DNA of 63,880 nucleotides, the filler included, from Olpidium bornovanus S191 (lineage: Eukaryota; Fungi; Olpidiomycota): the NCBI GenBank assembly GCA_017911155.1. It is 25 parts of 25 records of this genome, joined end to end, with 100 filler letters (N's around TTAATTAATTAA, not from the genome) between each part and the next. Parts side by side here need not be neighbours in the genome. Positions count along the whole stretch, not along the records: positions 11,320 to 13,948 come from JAEFCI010008326.1; positions 14,049 to 15,370 come from JAEFCI010012305.1; positions 15,471 to 16,765 come from JAEFCI010000873.1; positions 16,866 to 17,883 come from JAEFCI010012721.1; positions 17,984 to 23,771 come from JAEFCI010002494.1; 20 more parts are not named here. One strand, given 5' to 3'. A program made the translations under genes and the position numbers. Shown here one piece after another: positions 12,151 through 23,771 of this stretch. The notes under the pieces were generated by a model. That model was not told where the DNA came from. It was given only the letters and a program-made list of their open reading frames with translations, and made no database searches. Each line of letters starts with the position of its first letter. Position 1 is the first letter of the stretch.

Positions 12151-12824
12151 AAGAGCTGTGGCAAAACGTCGTAACCCCACGGCAGGCAACTTCCCGCCGG
12201 TCAGCAATTTCCCCGCCTTCCCAGCCTCCTTTCGTCCTTCTAAGGTTTTGTCGGTGCTAAGAGGACACGCGACGCTACGGAAACTGCGGCCGCTGCCAGG
12301 TACGCAGAGAACTGCGCGAGCCAGTCAGACGTTTGGGAAGGGGCCAGAGGCCGGCAGCGTCCGCAGAGACAGCTTCGAACGACGCGCCCAACGGTTGCGC
12401 GCTCAAAACCTGCAGACGGTGTGGTAAGTCAGCTGTGAAGTGGTTGCAGAATCGGCGCCGCCGCGAGAACGCGCGTCCGGTCTCCACCAAACTCCCAGTG
12501 CGGAGTTCGACGGTCAGAACGCGGGCAGGGGACGTTTCTCTGGCACGCCCGCCAGGCAGACAACTCTCACCCGGACGTGCAGAGCAGGCGCAGCGGCGAC
12601 GAGGACGCTGCTCTCCGCGTCTCCGGCTAATGTCAAGGGCCGAGGAGGGGGGCGTTTTTTTTTTTCGCGCAGGGAACGAGGAGGTTTGTGCGGCGGCGGC
12701 GGCAGCGGCGGCGCGAAAAGCAGACGTCTCCCGCTGTGGGAAAGAGGGACTCTCACTGCGGGGCGGCTCGCGCCCTCCCCGGCCCGCCCCGCCCCCTCCC
12801 CTCCCTCCCCTCCCCTCCCTCCCC

Positions 12825-13948
12825 CTGCAGCCTTGACACAACCACCGTCGGCGAGCTCAGTTTTCTGGTCGGAAGTGCAGAGCGATCCTCCACATTGTTC
12901 ATACTGAATCTGTTGCCCCGGAATCCATGATCGTCTCCGACAGCGAGGCGTCAGAAGGAACCAGACTATTGGAGGGTACCACAGAATCATGGCGAGTGTG
13001 CAAGGCCGGCGCGTGCGAGCCCGACCGAGATTGGTTCTGGCGGGCACAACTGTAGACTGATTGCCCTGGTTGCCCGGATTGTCGCCCTTTGCCTTTGCAA
13101 TAACAGGGCACGGCGTGTGTCGTGTTTATTTTGCGTTTGCAGGAGTGATGTGTTTCTCTCTGGGGGAACTACGTACGGGGTACATTCAGAAACAGTACGA
13201 AACAGTGGAAACAGTTGCTAACACGCCCAGCGGCGCGTGCGCTGTCGCAAGTGCGACGAACCAAACCCGCCGCACGCGCGCGTTTCTCGGAACGCACTTG
13301 ATCGAGAAGTTTGTGAAGGCGTCGGATACCATGTCTACCGTCCGACCGTCAGCGAGAGTGAGAAGCCCACGCGAAACGATATTGCGCACGAAGTGCCAAC
13401 GCACGTCAATGTGGTTGCTGCGTTGATGATGCACCGAATTCTTGGCTAGTGCTCGCGTACCCCGGCTGTCGTCGACAGTCGGGGTTACCGACTCCCCCTC
13501 TCCCAACTCGACGAGAAGCTGTCGGAGCCTCCAAATAGTATCTTAATTAATTAATTGCAAGTTATATACGATACACTATCTATTGTTGATGCGTAATAAA
13601 ATGACAGCGCTACTTGGCCCCTACTGCAAAGCCGATGTACTCGGCTTCGGTACTCGACGTCGTGACGAATTTCTGGCAACGACTTTTCCAGTTCACGGCC
13701 CCGTCGGCAAGGAGAAAAACGTAGCCGCTCGTCGAGCAACGAGTTTTGTGACGCCCCGCGTAGGCGCCGTCGCAGGAACCGCCAGCGGTGAAATTAATCC
13801 CGTTTCTCGAAGAGTGAGCGCCCTGTCTGCCGTAGTCTGCTGGTACTGCAAAGCGCGCATCTCGGTGTCCCAATTGGCTTGACGAGGATCGGACTGCTGA
13901 CGGCCCAGAAAGCCAACAACGAACTCAATGCCTGAATGCGTTCCCATG
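12825..13948 (-). mobile_element. Decayed Ty1/copia element: RT C-terminus, RNase H, LTR-like segment, then a gag/protease remnant
   Basis: GIEFVVGFLGRQQSDPRQANW (RT end), STSGYVFLLADGAVNWKSRCQKFVTTSSTEAEY and HHQRSNHIDVRWHFVR (RNase H), then IMDSGATD and ELADGGCVKAAG (protease-like). Confidence 0.88.
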
Positions 13949-14048
13949 NNNNNNNNNNNNNNNNNNNNNNNNNNNNNNNNNNNNNNNNNNNNTTAATTAA
14001 TTAANNNNNNNNNNNNNNNNNNNNNNNNNNNNNNNNNNNNNNNNNNNN

Positions 14049-15199
14049 CATGATACCTCTCGGCCCGAGAATCCGAGCCAGGCTGGCCGAGACTTTCGTG
14101 AACAGATAGGGCGTGCAGAGTACCCTGTCGAAATCAAGTTCGCCGCGAACAATCTGTGGGCCGAGAGCCGGCAAAGACGGCGGGCAAGGACATCCAAATA
14201 AATCGTCCGTTGCGCGTTTGGTGGGTCCGGTGTTATCCAACAGGACGACAATCGATCCCTCCACCTCACCTGCTGGATCAAGCTTTCCCCACCAACGAAC
14301 GTCGCACCAGCTTTCTTGGCGTCAAGCGCCTCATCGCCCTCGGCGATTACAGCTATCCGCAGTGCAAGAGAAACGGGCCTGGGGAGTTTCAAAGACGCGC
14401 GAAGGTGCTGTACGGTTCGCGGGACATCCAACTTGATAGACAGGCGAAACACGGGGTCTGGGTGCAGGTCATACGCCTTGAAACAGATAGAAAGCAGAGG
14501 CGTAAACGTCACACACCCGAGCAAGAGTCTGTCTCAAATTACTGCCGGTCAAGCTCGAGCCAGCGCCGTTTAACCGCACGCACAACGGTGCACCTCCAAA
14601 ACCGTTTTGGTTTCCCAAGGCGCAGACAAAAATTATGCCTTTGTTTTGACTCAAAATTCACCGGCAACTCGCCTGCTTTTTTTTTTCTGGCTCCGTACCT
14701 TCAGCAGCCTAACAGCCTCGAAGATCCCTATTCCCCTCGAGTACTTTCCTGCTCTAACGAGCAGCTCCTCGTTATTTCTGATAATCTCCCTGTCAATGGT
14801 CTCTACGTCGACGTGCCGCGTGCGTTTCACCTTGATGTGCAGGTTCACAGGCTCAAGAGCGATGGCGCCCGGCGGCTTCGGTGGCAAAGTGTTCCGCGCC
14901 GTCTTCCACGGCAAGCGCGGCTGGATCCACGGCGGTGGGCCATAGTGCGCAGGGGTGCTTCTCCTAATCTTGAGATACCGGTTCCAGCGGACCTGGCATT
15001 CCGGGACGCACGGCGGGTGCTGCGGCGGCCGCGGGAAGCACAAGGACGCGGCGACGGCGCCGGGCCGCAGGCGCGCCGCGACGGCAGCGGCGGCTGCGGA
15101 CGCGGCCGGGGAGGGCGCCGAGGCAAGGGTTTGCAGCTGCACCGAAGGCACGGCTCCTCGGCCGCACGCGCGCGAGAAGAGGGTACCCGCCGCCGTCAT
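14049..15199 (-). CDS. MRPL1: Mitochondrial ribosomal protein uL1, 3'-partial
   Basis: Arg/Ala-rich presequence, then IFEAVRLLK, LRASLKLPRPV...IAVIAEGDEALDAKKAGATFVGGESLIQQ and FDRVLCTP...LARILGPRGIM (uL1 motifs). Confidence 0.9.
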
Positions 15200-15313
15200 T
15201 GCCTGGTCGTCGCGTCTCGCTCGTAAGCGCGCGCGGACCCGAGCCCTTTCTCGTGTGCGGGGGGGCGACGGTGCGGTGCCGGCTGGTGAAGAGCGTTTTT
15301 CTTTTCTTTTTCC

Positions 15314-15354
<41 letters not shown>

Positions 15355-15470
15355 CCCCCCGGGCCCAAAANNNNNNNNNNNNNNNNNNNNNNNNNNNNNN
15401 NNNNNNNNNNNNNNTTAATTAATTAANNNNNNNNNNNNNNNNNNNNNNNNNNNNNNNNNNNNNNNNNNNN

Positions 15471-16295
15471 CATGCCCGTCGCCTCTGCCGTTGGGATGGT
15501 CCGGGGAGTGGCAAGTACCTTTTGTTTCACCGGTCGTCACCGTCGCTTTCTTGTCATTTGACTGGTTCTTACGCTCACGACGAGTTACAGTTTCTGAAGG
15601 TTTTGCATACACAATGCACAGGGAAAAACATAAAAAAAGTGGTGGAACGAGATACATGTAGTGACGTTGTAAGGGCCGAAAACTAACACGCAAGTCTTTT
15701 GGTCCACACCTGAGAGATACTTCAAGGCCGGCTGGACTTCGAAGTAGTAATGCCACAGCGCGTCCTCGATTTCCGCCCGCGTTACACCCAAATTCTCTGG
15801 AAGCCATTGCCGGATTTCTTCGTAGCCGGATCGCATTTGCGCTGCGAAAAATTGGCGGAGAACGCCTTCAGCGACATTCGCCTAGTTCCAGGCGAACCGT
15901 ACTAAACGGTTGACGCACCTTTCTGCTCTTCCGTCATAGCATTTTCCACAGCCGTCTCGCCCTCGTGCCTGTTGATCACGTACCCTGCACGAGAAATGAA
16001 ATCTTCAGCCTCGCCGGCGGAGCCCGCGAGCTTCTAGTTGTATCTTCTGGTCAACGGACGACGACGCAAACACGTCAACCTGCCTTGCTGAGTTTCATCA
16101 AGTTCTCCCTCCTCTTCGTAGTCGTCGTACTCGTCATAGTCCTGAAGATCTGGACAGATGCATTGCCGGCATGAGGAACGCGTCCCGCTCTCCCGGCTCG
16201 TTCAACGCCAGCTACTAATGTCCACAGCATCCGGGGCGAGGCGGAACCGACGTACCGTCCGCGCTGAAGTTCCGAACATTTCGGTGCCGCGACAT
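15471..16295 (-). CDS. HBS1: Hbs1 (ribosome-rescue GTPase), N-terminal part
   Basis: Starts MSRHRNVRNFSAD, followed by an acidic DYDEYDDYEEE exon and EIEDALWHYYFEVQPALKYL (HBS1_N domain). Confidence 0.88.
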
Positions 16296-16684
16296 GACGA
16301 CCGTTCCCGGAGGTCTTGAGCAGAAAGCAGCCCGGTTTCAGCACGCCAGACCGCCACTTTACACCAGCCGCTAACGAAACGACCTGCCAGACGAGCCGAT
16401 ACGCTCTCGCTCTGCTCGCTCCAGCGGATGAACGACGTTCCGTGCGCGGGCAGGTCGGACGGCTTTCGCCAACCTGGTTCGCTTTTTGGTTTTTGCCAAA
16501 GCGGACGCGGACCCACCCGGCGGCTCGGTTTTCAGCACGGAGCGGGCTCACCCGGCGGAAGCGTGTTCGGACGCTCAGGAAACGGCAGGCGGGCAAGCCG
16601 GCGTTTCCGATCGGGGCGGTTTTTCTCCACGGCCACCCGCGGGGGGGGGGGGGGGGGGGGCGAAGCGGGGGCCAGCAAGACAAG

Positions 16685-16723
<39 letters not shown>

Positions 16724-16899
16724 GCCCCCCTTTCCCCCCCCCCCCCCCCCCCCCCCCGCCGGGCCNNNNNNNNNNNNNNNNNNNNNNNNNNNNNNNNNNN
16801 NNNNNNNNNTTAATTAATTAANNNNNNNNNNNNNNNNNNNNNNNNNNNNNNNNNNNNNNNNNNNNGCGGGGCGGGTGGGGGGGGGGGGGGGCGGGGCGG

Positions 16900-16972
<73 letters not shown>

Positions 16973-17036
16973 GGAGTTGGTGCACAAGGACGGGAGGCGG
17001 CGGCGGTGTGCGCCTGTGAGCCGTCAAGTCCGATTT

Positions 17037-17150
17037 GGGCTCATAACCTGTCAGAGTGTGAGTATGTGGTTTTGCTGGGCGTCATCCGAGGGTTTCTCCT
17101 TGCCGCTTTCTGGATGACGTTACAAGTCGTTCAGCCTTGGGACCATCATC
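17037..17150 (-). mobile_element. LTR 3' end plus primer-binding site GGTTATGAGCCC (half-tRNA-iMet type)
   Basis: The minus strand reads ...CTCTGACA GGTTATGAGCCC: an LTR-like CA terminus directly followed by the exact complement of the tRNA-iMet anticodon arm. Confidence 0.6.
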
Positions 17151-17240
17151 ATGGCGCGTGCTCGCCTGTCTCCGGAGGGTACCCTGTGGAACCGGAGGGC
17201 CCATATGCTTTAGTCTTTCGGAGAGGGAAGCTCCACGTAC

Positions 17241-17513
17241 GTAGCGTTGAAGGTCTGAATGAACTTTTCAAGGTTCGCCGCAGCTTTTGCTGCGTCAGGT
17301 CTGAGGTTCGAGACGGTCGTGCGTAGGTGCTCGCGTGGAATGTTTAGCGCTTCGCGCAAGTCTTCCCACTGCGTCCACCCATCGACGGTTGTCCCTTTTG
17401 ATACGTTCCGGCGTGGCTCTACCACAAGGTAGAGAGGCTTGGCCCGTTAGCCTGTTGACGGCACGGCCGAGAATTTGTATCGCTCCCGAAACCTGCTCTC
17501 TCCGCGGCAACTT
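17241..17513 (-). CDS. Internal exons of an unidentified protein
   Basis: A pyrimidine tract plus CAG precedes 17513. A 55-nt intron (17438-17492, GT..GCTAAC..AAG) joins KLPRREQ to PLYLVVEPRRNVSKGTTVDGWTQWEDLREALNIP...FIQTFNAT, which ends at a GTACGT donor. Family not recognised. Confidence 0.45.
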
Positions 17514-17983
17514 CTGGGAAGAAAAAAAACGTCAAAATCGCCATTTTTTTTTTCTCGTGGGGCCCACTGTCAAGCGCCGAGCAAAGTGACGCCACGGGAA
17601 GGACCAGCACCGGCAAGCAGTCCTCTCCCAGCCAGCAGCGCCCACTCTCCAGGCCAAAAACTTTGTTTCGCGCGACGCGCCCAATTCCGATGAGGAGGAG
17701 GAAGAGGCGGAGGCGGCCGGACGCGGGGTCGAAGGGTTTGTCCGGGAAGAGCCGGGGTGGGGAAGGGGAAAGGGGGGGGGGGGACTTTTTTTTCCGTCGA
17801 CTGCATTTTCCCGCTGTTGTCGATTTTCGCTGGCCCTCATTTCGCCTCTCCCCCCCCCCCCCCCCCTCTTCTCCCCCCCCCCCNNNNNNNNNNNNNNNNN
17901 NNNNNNNNNNNNNNNNNNNNNNNNNNNTTAATTAATTAANNNNNNNNNNNNNNNNNNNNNNNNNNNNNNNNNNNNNNNNNNNN

Positions 17984-18940
17984 CATGACAGTACAGTATC
18001 CCGAGTATCCTTCGGTGCCGGATTCCACAACGGGCACATCAGCCGCTATGCATATCTGGTTGACGTAACTCCGGGCCTCTTGATGCGTGTGCGCATGCGC
18101 GAAAATGCGACAAGGTAAACAAAACGCTGGTTTCATGTAGCGCACTCGCAAAGTCGCGCGCGCAGCGGTAGAAGCCAACCAATGTTGTCCAGAGCATTCA
18201 TCACGACATCGAAGCCTTTAAACCAGGCGAGATCAAATTGCACGTCCTGTATTTTCGCAAGGTAACTTTCAATGTGCACCGACGGGTTGAATTTGAGGGC
18301 GGATTCTCGAGCGACCTGACCGGAGCCCGCATATCAGCAAAACTTCGCCGCCGAGGCACGTAGCAATTTTTGCCAACGGGCGTAAATGCCTGAGCCGGAG
18401 GGAGAGGCTCCGATAATCGGCTCACGTGCGCTTTGGCTTTCTTGACGTGTTGCCTCTGGAAGAGGAACTGGCGGTTGAGATTCGAAACGTCGATAATGTC
18501 CGTATCGACCTGTGCAGAGAGAGCCCCGTTCGCGGCCGCGTCCCTTCAGTGCGTTTAAAGGGTGGGCCCTCCCTCTGCGCCTCCCGTAACACCCCCAGCA
18601 CACCGCCCGCCCCAGGGCGAACAACCGCTTGCCTCCGGGGTTTTCTTCTATGCGGAGGCACGCGCGCGGACACAGCGGGTAGCGCAGGCGCAACGCTGGT
18701 CGGGCACGCGCGCGCGCACGCACACACAGGGTCACACGGGGCCGCCACCGCCACCACCGCCAACCAACGTACGATGGCGATGCGGGTGAAGCCTGAGCAG
18801 ACCAGGTTCTTGAGCAGCTCGCACCCAATGCCGCCCGCCCCGACAACGAGGACGTTCGCACGGCGCACGCGGGAGAAAAGGTCAGGCAAAAACCTCTTCT
18901 CGTCGTTGAGGACGCCTTCCAAATGCGCGAAATTCGCCAT
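17984..18940 (-). CDS. UBA2: SUMO-activating enzyme subunit 2, N-terminal part
   Basis: NVLVVGAGGIGCELLKNLVCSGF, DIIDVSNLNRQFLFQRQHVKKAKAHVARESAL, WFKGFDVVMNALDNI and ARSYVNQICIAADVPVVESGTEGY lie across four GT-AG exons. Confidence 0.93.
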
Positions 18941-19215
18941 TGTGGGGCGAGGCGGGGGTTTTTTTTTTATTACTTTGGGGGCGGTTGGGTGGGTCACCCG
19001 GCATTTAAGGGAGGAGGAAGGGGTATTTGGTGATTGGGCACAAATTTTTTTTTTTTTGTTTGGGAGTGAGGTTGGTTTTTTTCTCATTTTTCTTTTCGTT
19101 CTCCGGGGCTTTCGGGCAGCGCCGCGTTCCCCGCCACAGACCACAATGCCACAGCACAAGCGGTCGTGGGCTGGGCACCCCCCCACCTCAATTACACGTG
19201 AGGGGTTTGATTTAC

Positions 19216-20658
19216 TACACTAAATACACTTCACCTTTTCTGAACTGCGAGCGCCGCATGGACTCTTCCCGAGAACGTTTTTCTTCGCCCTCGTGGCGGA
19301 GCCGCGCCTCTTCCGCCCGCTCGATCGCCGCCCGGACGTCGTCTTCTTCAATTATGAACGCGTCATGCTCGACGACAGACTTCGCGGCGGACGCCGCGGA
19401 AGCGACGTGTCGTCGTCGGCTCGTGAATGCCAGATCAAGAATGTCTGTGGTCCGCCGGTCACCCCATCAATCTTAGTGAACGAGTTACCCCCTCCTACCG
19501 CCAAATCACCTAGCGCTACGGAAAGGGTCGAAAAACTGCGCTCGTACCTAGGCCGTCTCCAAAAAGTTCGTCGTAGTCGTCGTCGCTGCTGTCATCTTCT
19601 GGGTCCGCTTCCGCCGCCTCCAGCTCGGCGGAGACAATGTCGACGATGTTCGGCAGCGGCGGTCTCGTGGATTCGGGCGCGGTGCTGCCTGTGAAGAACG
19701 AGCGCGAGCTGAATCTCAGGCGCGCCTCTGTCGCAGACGGCGGCAGACGTTCACCCGATCGGGCGTTCAAAATATTAGCGGCGCCGGCGGCCTCCGGCGG
19801 CTCGGAGTCGTCTGATTCGCCGATCGAAGTCGCGTTTTCGAATGACTCGGCGGGCCCGGCGTCGGGCAGCAAGCTGAAAACAGATGTTATTTTCTCGGGC
19901 GATTTCCCGCGTCCGCCGTCGGAAACGGTTCCTTCAGCTTGCATTTCTTCGATTTTGGCTTGGCAGACGCCGGAATCGGCGGCCGTCATATCGGACCGTC
20001 CGTCGATCGGAGCAATTCCGTCTTCGCGGCGCTCTCCGACATCCGGTTGAGCGGCCGGGCGCGCGCCGTCATCCGGGCGACGCCCGATCGCCGCAGGCGA
20101 AGACCTCGGCGGCTCCGGGAAGGCGACGGAGGGTGATTCCGATCCGGCCGCGTCCGGGTCCGCGGCAGCGTCGGCGGCGCCGCCGCCCTCCCGCCCCGGT
20201 GCAGAATTAGGCGGCCCGCCGCGCCGGGGCACCGGCGTTGGCGCCACCACCCTGTGCGCGGCGATGACTTCCTCGTGATGGGCGGCGGCGGCCTTGACCG
20301 GCAGCTCTCTCCCCGAAGCGTACTTCGCCGCTTCCATGACCGCCAGGCCAATCACCCTCCTGTTCTTCTCCAATTCCCCCGCGGCGAGGACCTGGTGGGC
20401 CGCCTCCTTCACCGGGGTCCGCGAAGAGGAGGAAAGCACCGGGTCCAGACGCTTCGGGTTCTTCGCGGGCGCCTGCGCCGCGGCGGCGGCCAGCAACACC
20501 GCATCGGCCGTGACTTTGACCGGCGGCCAGATAGTCACGTTTGGGTCAATCGGGCGCTGGACCGCCTGCTCCTCGACGGGCTTGCTCTCGAACTTTGAGG
20601 CAATGACCTTGACGGCGGGCGTTTCCAGCGCCTTGGTGAGGCGCGTGTGCTGCGCCAT
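19216..20658 (-). CDS. Hypothetical low-complexity protein with a charged, coiled-coil-like C-terminus
   Basis: About 380 open codons from MAQHTRLTKAL, then a probable last exon EDDVRAAIERAEEARLRHEGEEKRSREESMRR. No family recognised. Confidence 0.5.
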
Positions 20659-21345
20659 TGGTCTCTGAGGCGGCGTTTTCTTGCTTCTCGAGAATTTGCG
20701 TGGTTCGGCTCTGACCGGCCGACGGGCGGGTGAGCGAGGGAATGGGAGGGGGGCGGTTATTTCCGTGTTGCGCAGGGGGGCGGCGATTTTTTTCCCGCCG
20801 TGGGCGAATAAGAAGAAAAAGAAAAAATTGGTTAGGGAGGCGGAAGAGGAGGGCGACCTGCCGCTCCGCGTGGCCGGGGAAATCATTCCGCGCCAGAGAA
20901 AACTCCCCGACCAACATGACGGGGAAGGCCCTGCCCGACTCTCGCCCCTCGCCCCCGAAATCGGCAAACGGGAAGACGTCTCCTGGCTCTTGGCCGGGAA
21001 GGTAGGGGGGGGGGGGGAAGAGGAAGGCAGCACCGGGGGAAGGGGTGGGGGGGGAGGGGGGATTCCCAATTGCGCCGCCAGAGTTTCAGCGGCAAACGCA
21101 GGAAAAACGCTCGCATGGCCAGCGCTTTACGGAAAGAACGTGGGCGGTGCCGGGGAGAAAAACCGTCTTACCCATCGTCTTCCCCTCCCCCCCGCTTTTT
21201 TTAATGCATTAAGGACCCGCGTGGGCGCCCCACCCCCCTCAAAGAGTCGCGGGGGACTCGGGAAAAGCAGCCCTCACCCCGTTAATCCTCTCATAAATAC
21301 TTCAGAACTCCAATCCCAAATTTTGCCCCGCTAAACAAAAGGAAA

Positions 21346-22191
21346 ATGGAGGTCAAAAACGCAGAGTACCAGGCAGCGACGTTCTTCGGGCGTCCAGGCA
21401 TGGGAAAGGAGGGGAAACAGATTACAGTAAAAACCAACTACTTTCCGCTGACGGCTCTCCCGGAGGCGGACGTGCACCATTACGAGTAGGTTTTTTTTTT
21501 CGCTGCGAACGCAAGGCCGAGAGGACAGCGTTTGGCACGCACGAATTTTTTCTTTGGGCGGCAGATGCGACCGGTGTTGGATGGGAGGAGTTCCGAACGG
21601 GGATGTGAGCGGGTTTGTAATCGTGAGAACGCACCCAAGTGGTATTTTTGCGGCATTCCGTTCCAGTTGGTGGGACCTGGGCTTGGCCCTACGACGGGCA
21701 CCCGTCGTCGCGCTCGTTCGTGTTGGCAAACGGCGAAACTGTGCCGCTGGGAAAGCGCCCCCCTATCTTTGATATGATTATTAAGCGTTCCACGTTTCTT
21801 TTCCCGTCTCTGAGTTTATTTTGTTTTTCACGTGACCGGCTGCTACTATTCGCTCTTGCAGCGTTGATGTGAGTATATTGGTGGCGCGACTGGGGGGAAT
21901 CCGCCCAACATGACTTTCGCATCTCCGCTTACTGTTTTTCTGGATCTTTGCAAAACGGCAGGTTACGCCGGAGAAATGCCCGGGAAGCGTCCTGAGGCAA
22001 GTCTTCAAGGCCGTGGTGGAACTAAACGAAGTGAAGTTTGACGGCGCCAAGCCCGTCTTGTAGGTGACCAGACCGGGGAACCCGGTGTTGGGGACTTTTG
22101 GTTGATTATCGCGCTCGGTTTATCTTTGATTGATTATCGGGAGTTGGACTTTATCGATTGATTATCGCGCTTTGTGAAAATTTACAAACCA

Positions 22192-22237
<46 letters not shown>

Positions 22238-23771
22238 CGACGGGAAACGGAACGCGTTCGCCCCACGAAGGCTTCCGTTCGACTCGCAGACTTTCCAGGT
22301 AAGAGGGAATTCCCACGCCGGACTGGCGGCCCTTGTCGTTGCTGTCGCGCGCAGAAGACCAGGCTTTTTGAACAGGGCCCCGGGGCGGCCGTTTTTTTTT
22401 TTCGGAAGTACAGGTGGTCCTGCCGGAAGATGGAGGCGCCGCCGCGGCGAACCCGAAGCGCGCGCCGCGCGAGTTCCGGGTCAGGATGCGTCTCGTCAAC
22501 TCCATCAACATGGCGGAAGTCGCGGAGTACCTCCGCGGCCGCGCCAAGCTCACGAACAACGTGCTCACCGGCATCATGGCCGTCGACGTGGTGCTGAGGG
22601 ATCAGCCCGCGGACAGGTTCGTGTCCGTCGGGCGCTCGTTCTACTCCCCCGAGGAGCGCGCGGCGCTCGGCGGCGGCGCCGAGGTGTGGGGGGGCGTGTT
22701 CATGTCCGCGCGCCCGGCCCCCGGCCGGATGCTCCTGAACGTCGACGTGTCCGCCACGGCGTTCGTCAAGGCCGGGCCGGTGATCGACTTCGCCGCCGAG
22801 CTCCTCGGGGCGCGCGGCGCCGGCGAGCTCCGCCGCGGCCTGCCCGAGGGCAAGCCGCGGCAGCTGGAGAGGGCGCTGAAATCGGTGAAGTTCTTCGTCA
22901 GCCACCGCGGCGAGAGGAGGCCGCGGTACACGGCCGCGCGTCTCACCCGCACCCCGGCGGACAAAGAGGTTTTTGCCGACAAAGACGGCAACTCGATCTC
23001 CGTCGCCCAGTACTTCCAGCAGCACTGGGGCGTCCGGCTGGAGTTCCCAAACCTGTGGGTTGCTAAAACGTTTCTTTCCGGCTTCCCGAAAGCGCGTGGT
23101 GACCTCATCCCCCTCTCGCTCACTACCTTCTTTTTTTCCCTTCTATTCCCCCGCTCCGCTGCTCCGTTTTCCTTTGCAGGCCTTGCATCGCCACCGTCAA
23201 AGGCCTGATGTTCCCGTTGGAGGTTTGCCACATCCTCCCCGGCCAGCGTTTCAAGGGCAAGCTCAACGAGACGCAGACCTCGTCGATGATCAAATTCACC
23301 TGTCAGCCGCCGGACCGCCGTGCGAATAAGATTATGAACAACCTCGGCATGCTGAACCCAAACCAGAACGCGTTTGGCAGTGAGTGTGAAACAGGCAGAA
23401 AAAGAAAAAGGAAAACACACGTCCGCGTTTATTTTTCGCCCGTTTCTCATTCCCCCCCCTTTTTGTCTTCGACCAGTCCAAGTGCGTCAGGAGTTGATGC
23501 AGGTGTCTGCCCGGGTGCTCCCCACTCCCACCGTTTGCTACAAGGCAGATGCGCGCGATCCGACCTGGCGGCCGCGCGACGGCGTGTGGGTACGTTTGTC
23601 AAAGTGGTGGACCTGAGGCCCAATTGAGGTGGTTTTCTTTTTGTTTTAGTTTTTGCTTATGCAGCCGGCCGGCCTGCTGTCCGCCCGCTAGAACCTGGTC
23701 GGAAAGAAGGTCGCTCGGGGCACCGAACTCCATTCTTGGAGCGTTGTGTCGTTCTGCGACGACCGATCATG
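21346..23771 (+). CDS. AGO: Argonaute (N, L1, PAZ, L2 and start of MID), 3'-partial
   Basis: Exons 21346-21485, 21862-21868, 21962-22059, 22238-22298, 22414-~23055 and later give RPGMGKEGKQITVKTNYF...HYDVDVTPEK...PVFDGKRNAF...GRMLLNVDVSATAF...SVAQYFQQHWGVRLEFPNLPCI...FPLEVCHILPGQR...QVSARVLPTP. Confidence 0.96.
22195..22232. repeat. (TA)n microsatellite at the 3' end of an Argonaute intron
   Basis: Directly visible; it is immediately followed by the AAAAG acceptor. Confidence 0.9.

Noticed and set aside
16866-17030. Formin/WASP-like polyproline ORF
   Set aside because: Produced by a poly-G run at a contig end, with no flanking domain.
17984-23771. UBA2 plus Argonaute as a SUMO-RNAi gene cluster
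   Set aside because: Single adjacency of housekeeping genes with an unrelated gene between them, and no evidence of conserved linkage.
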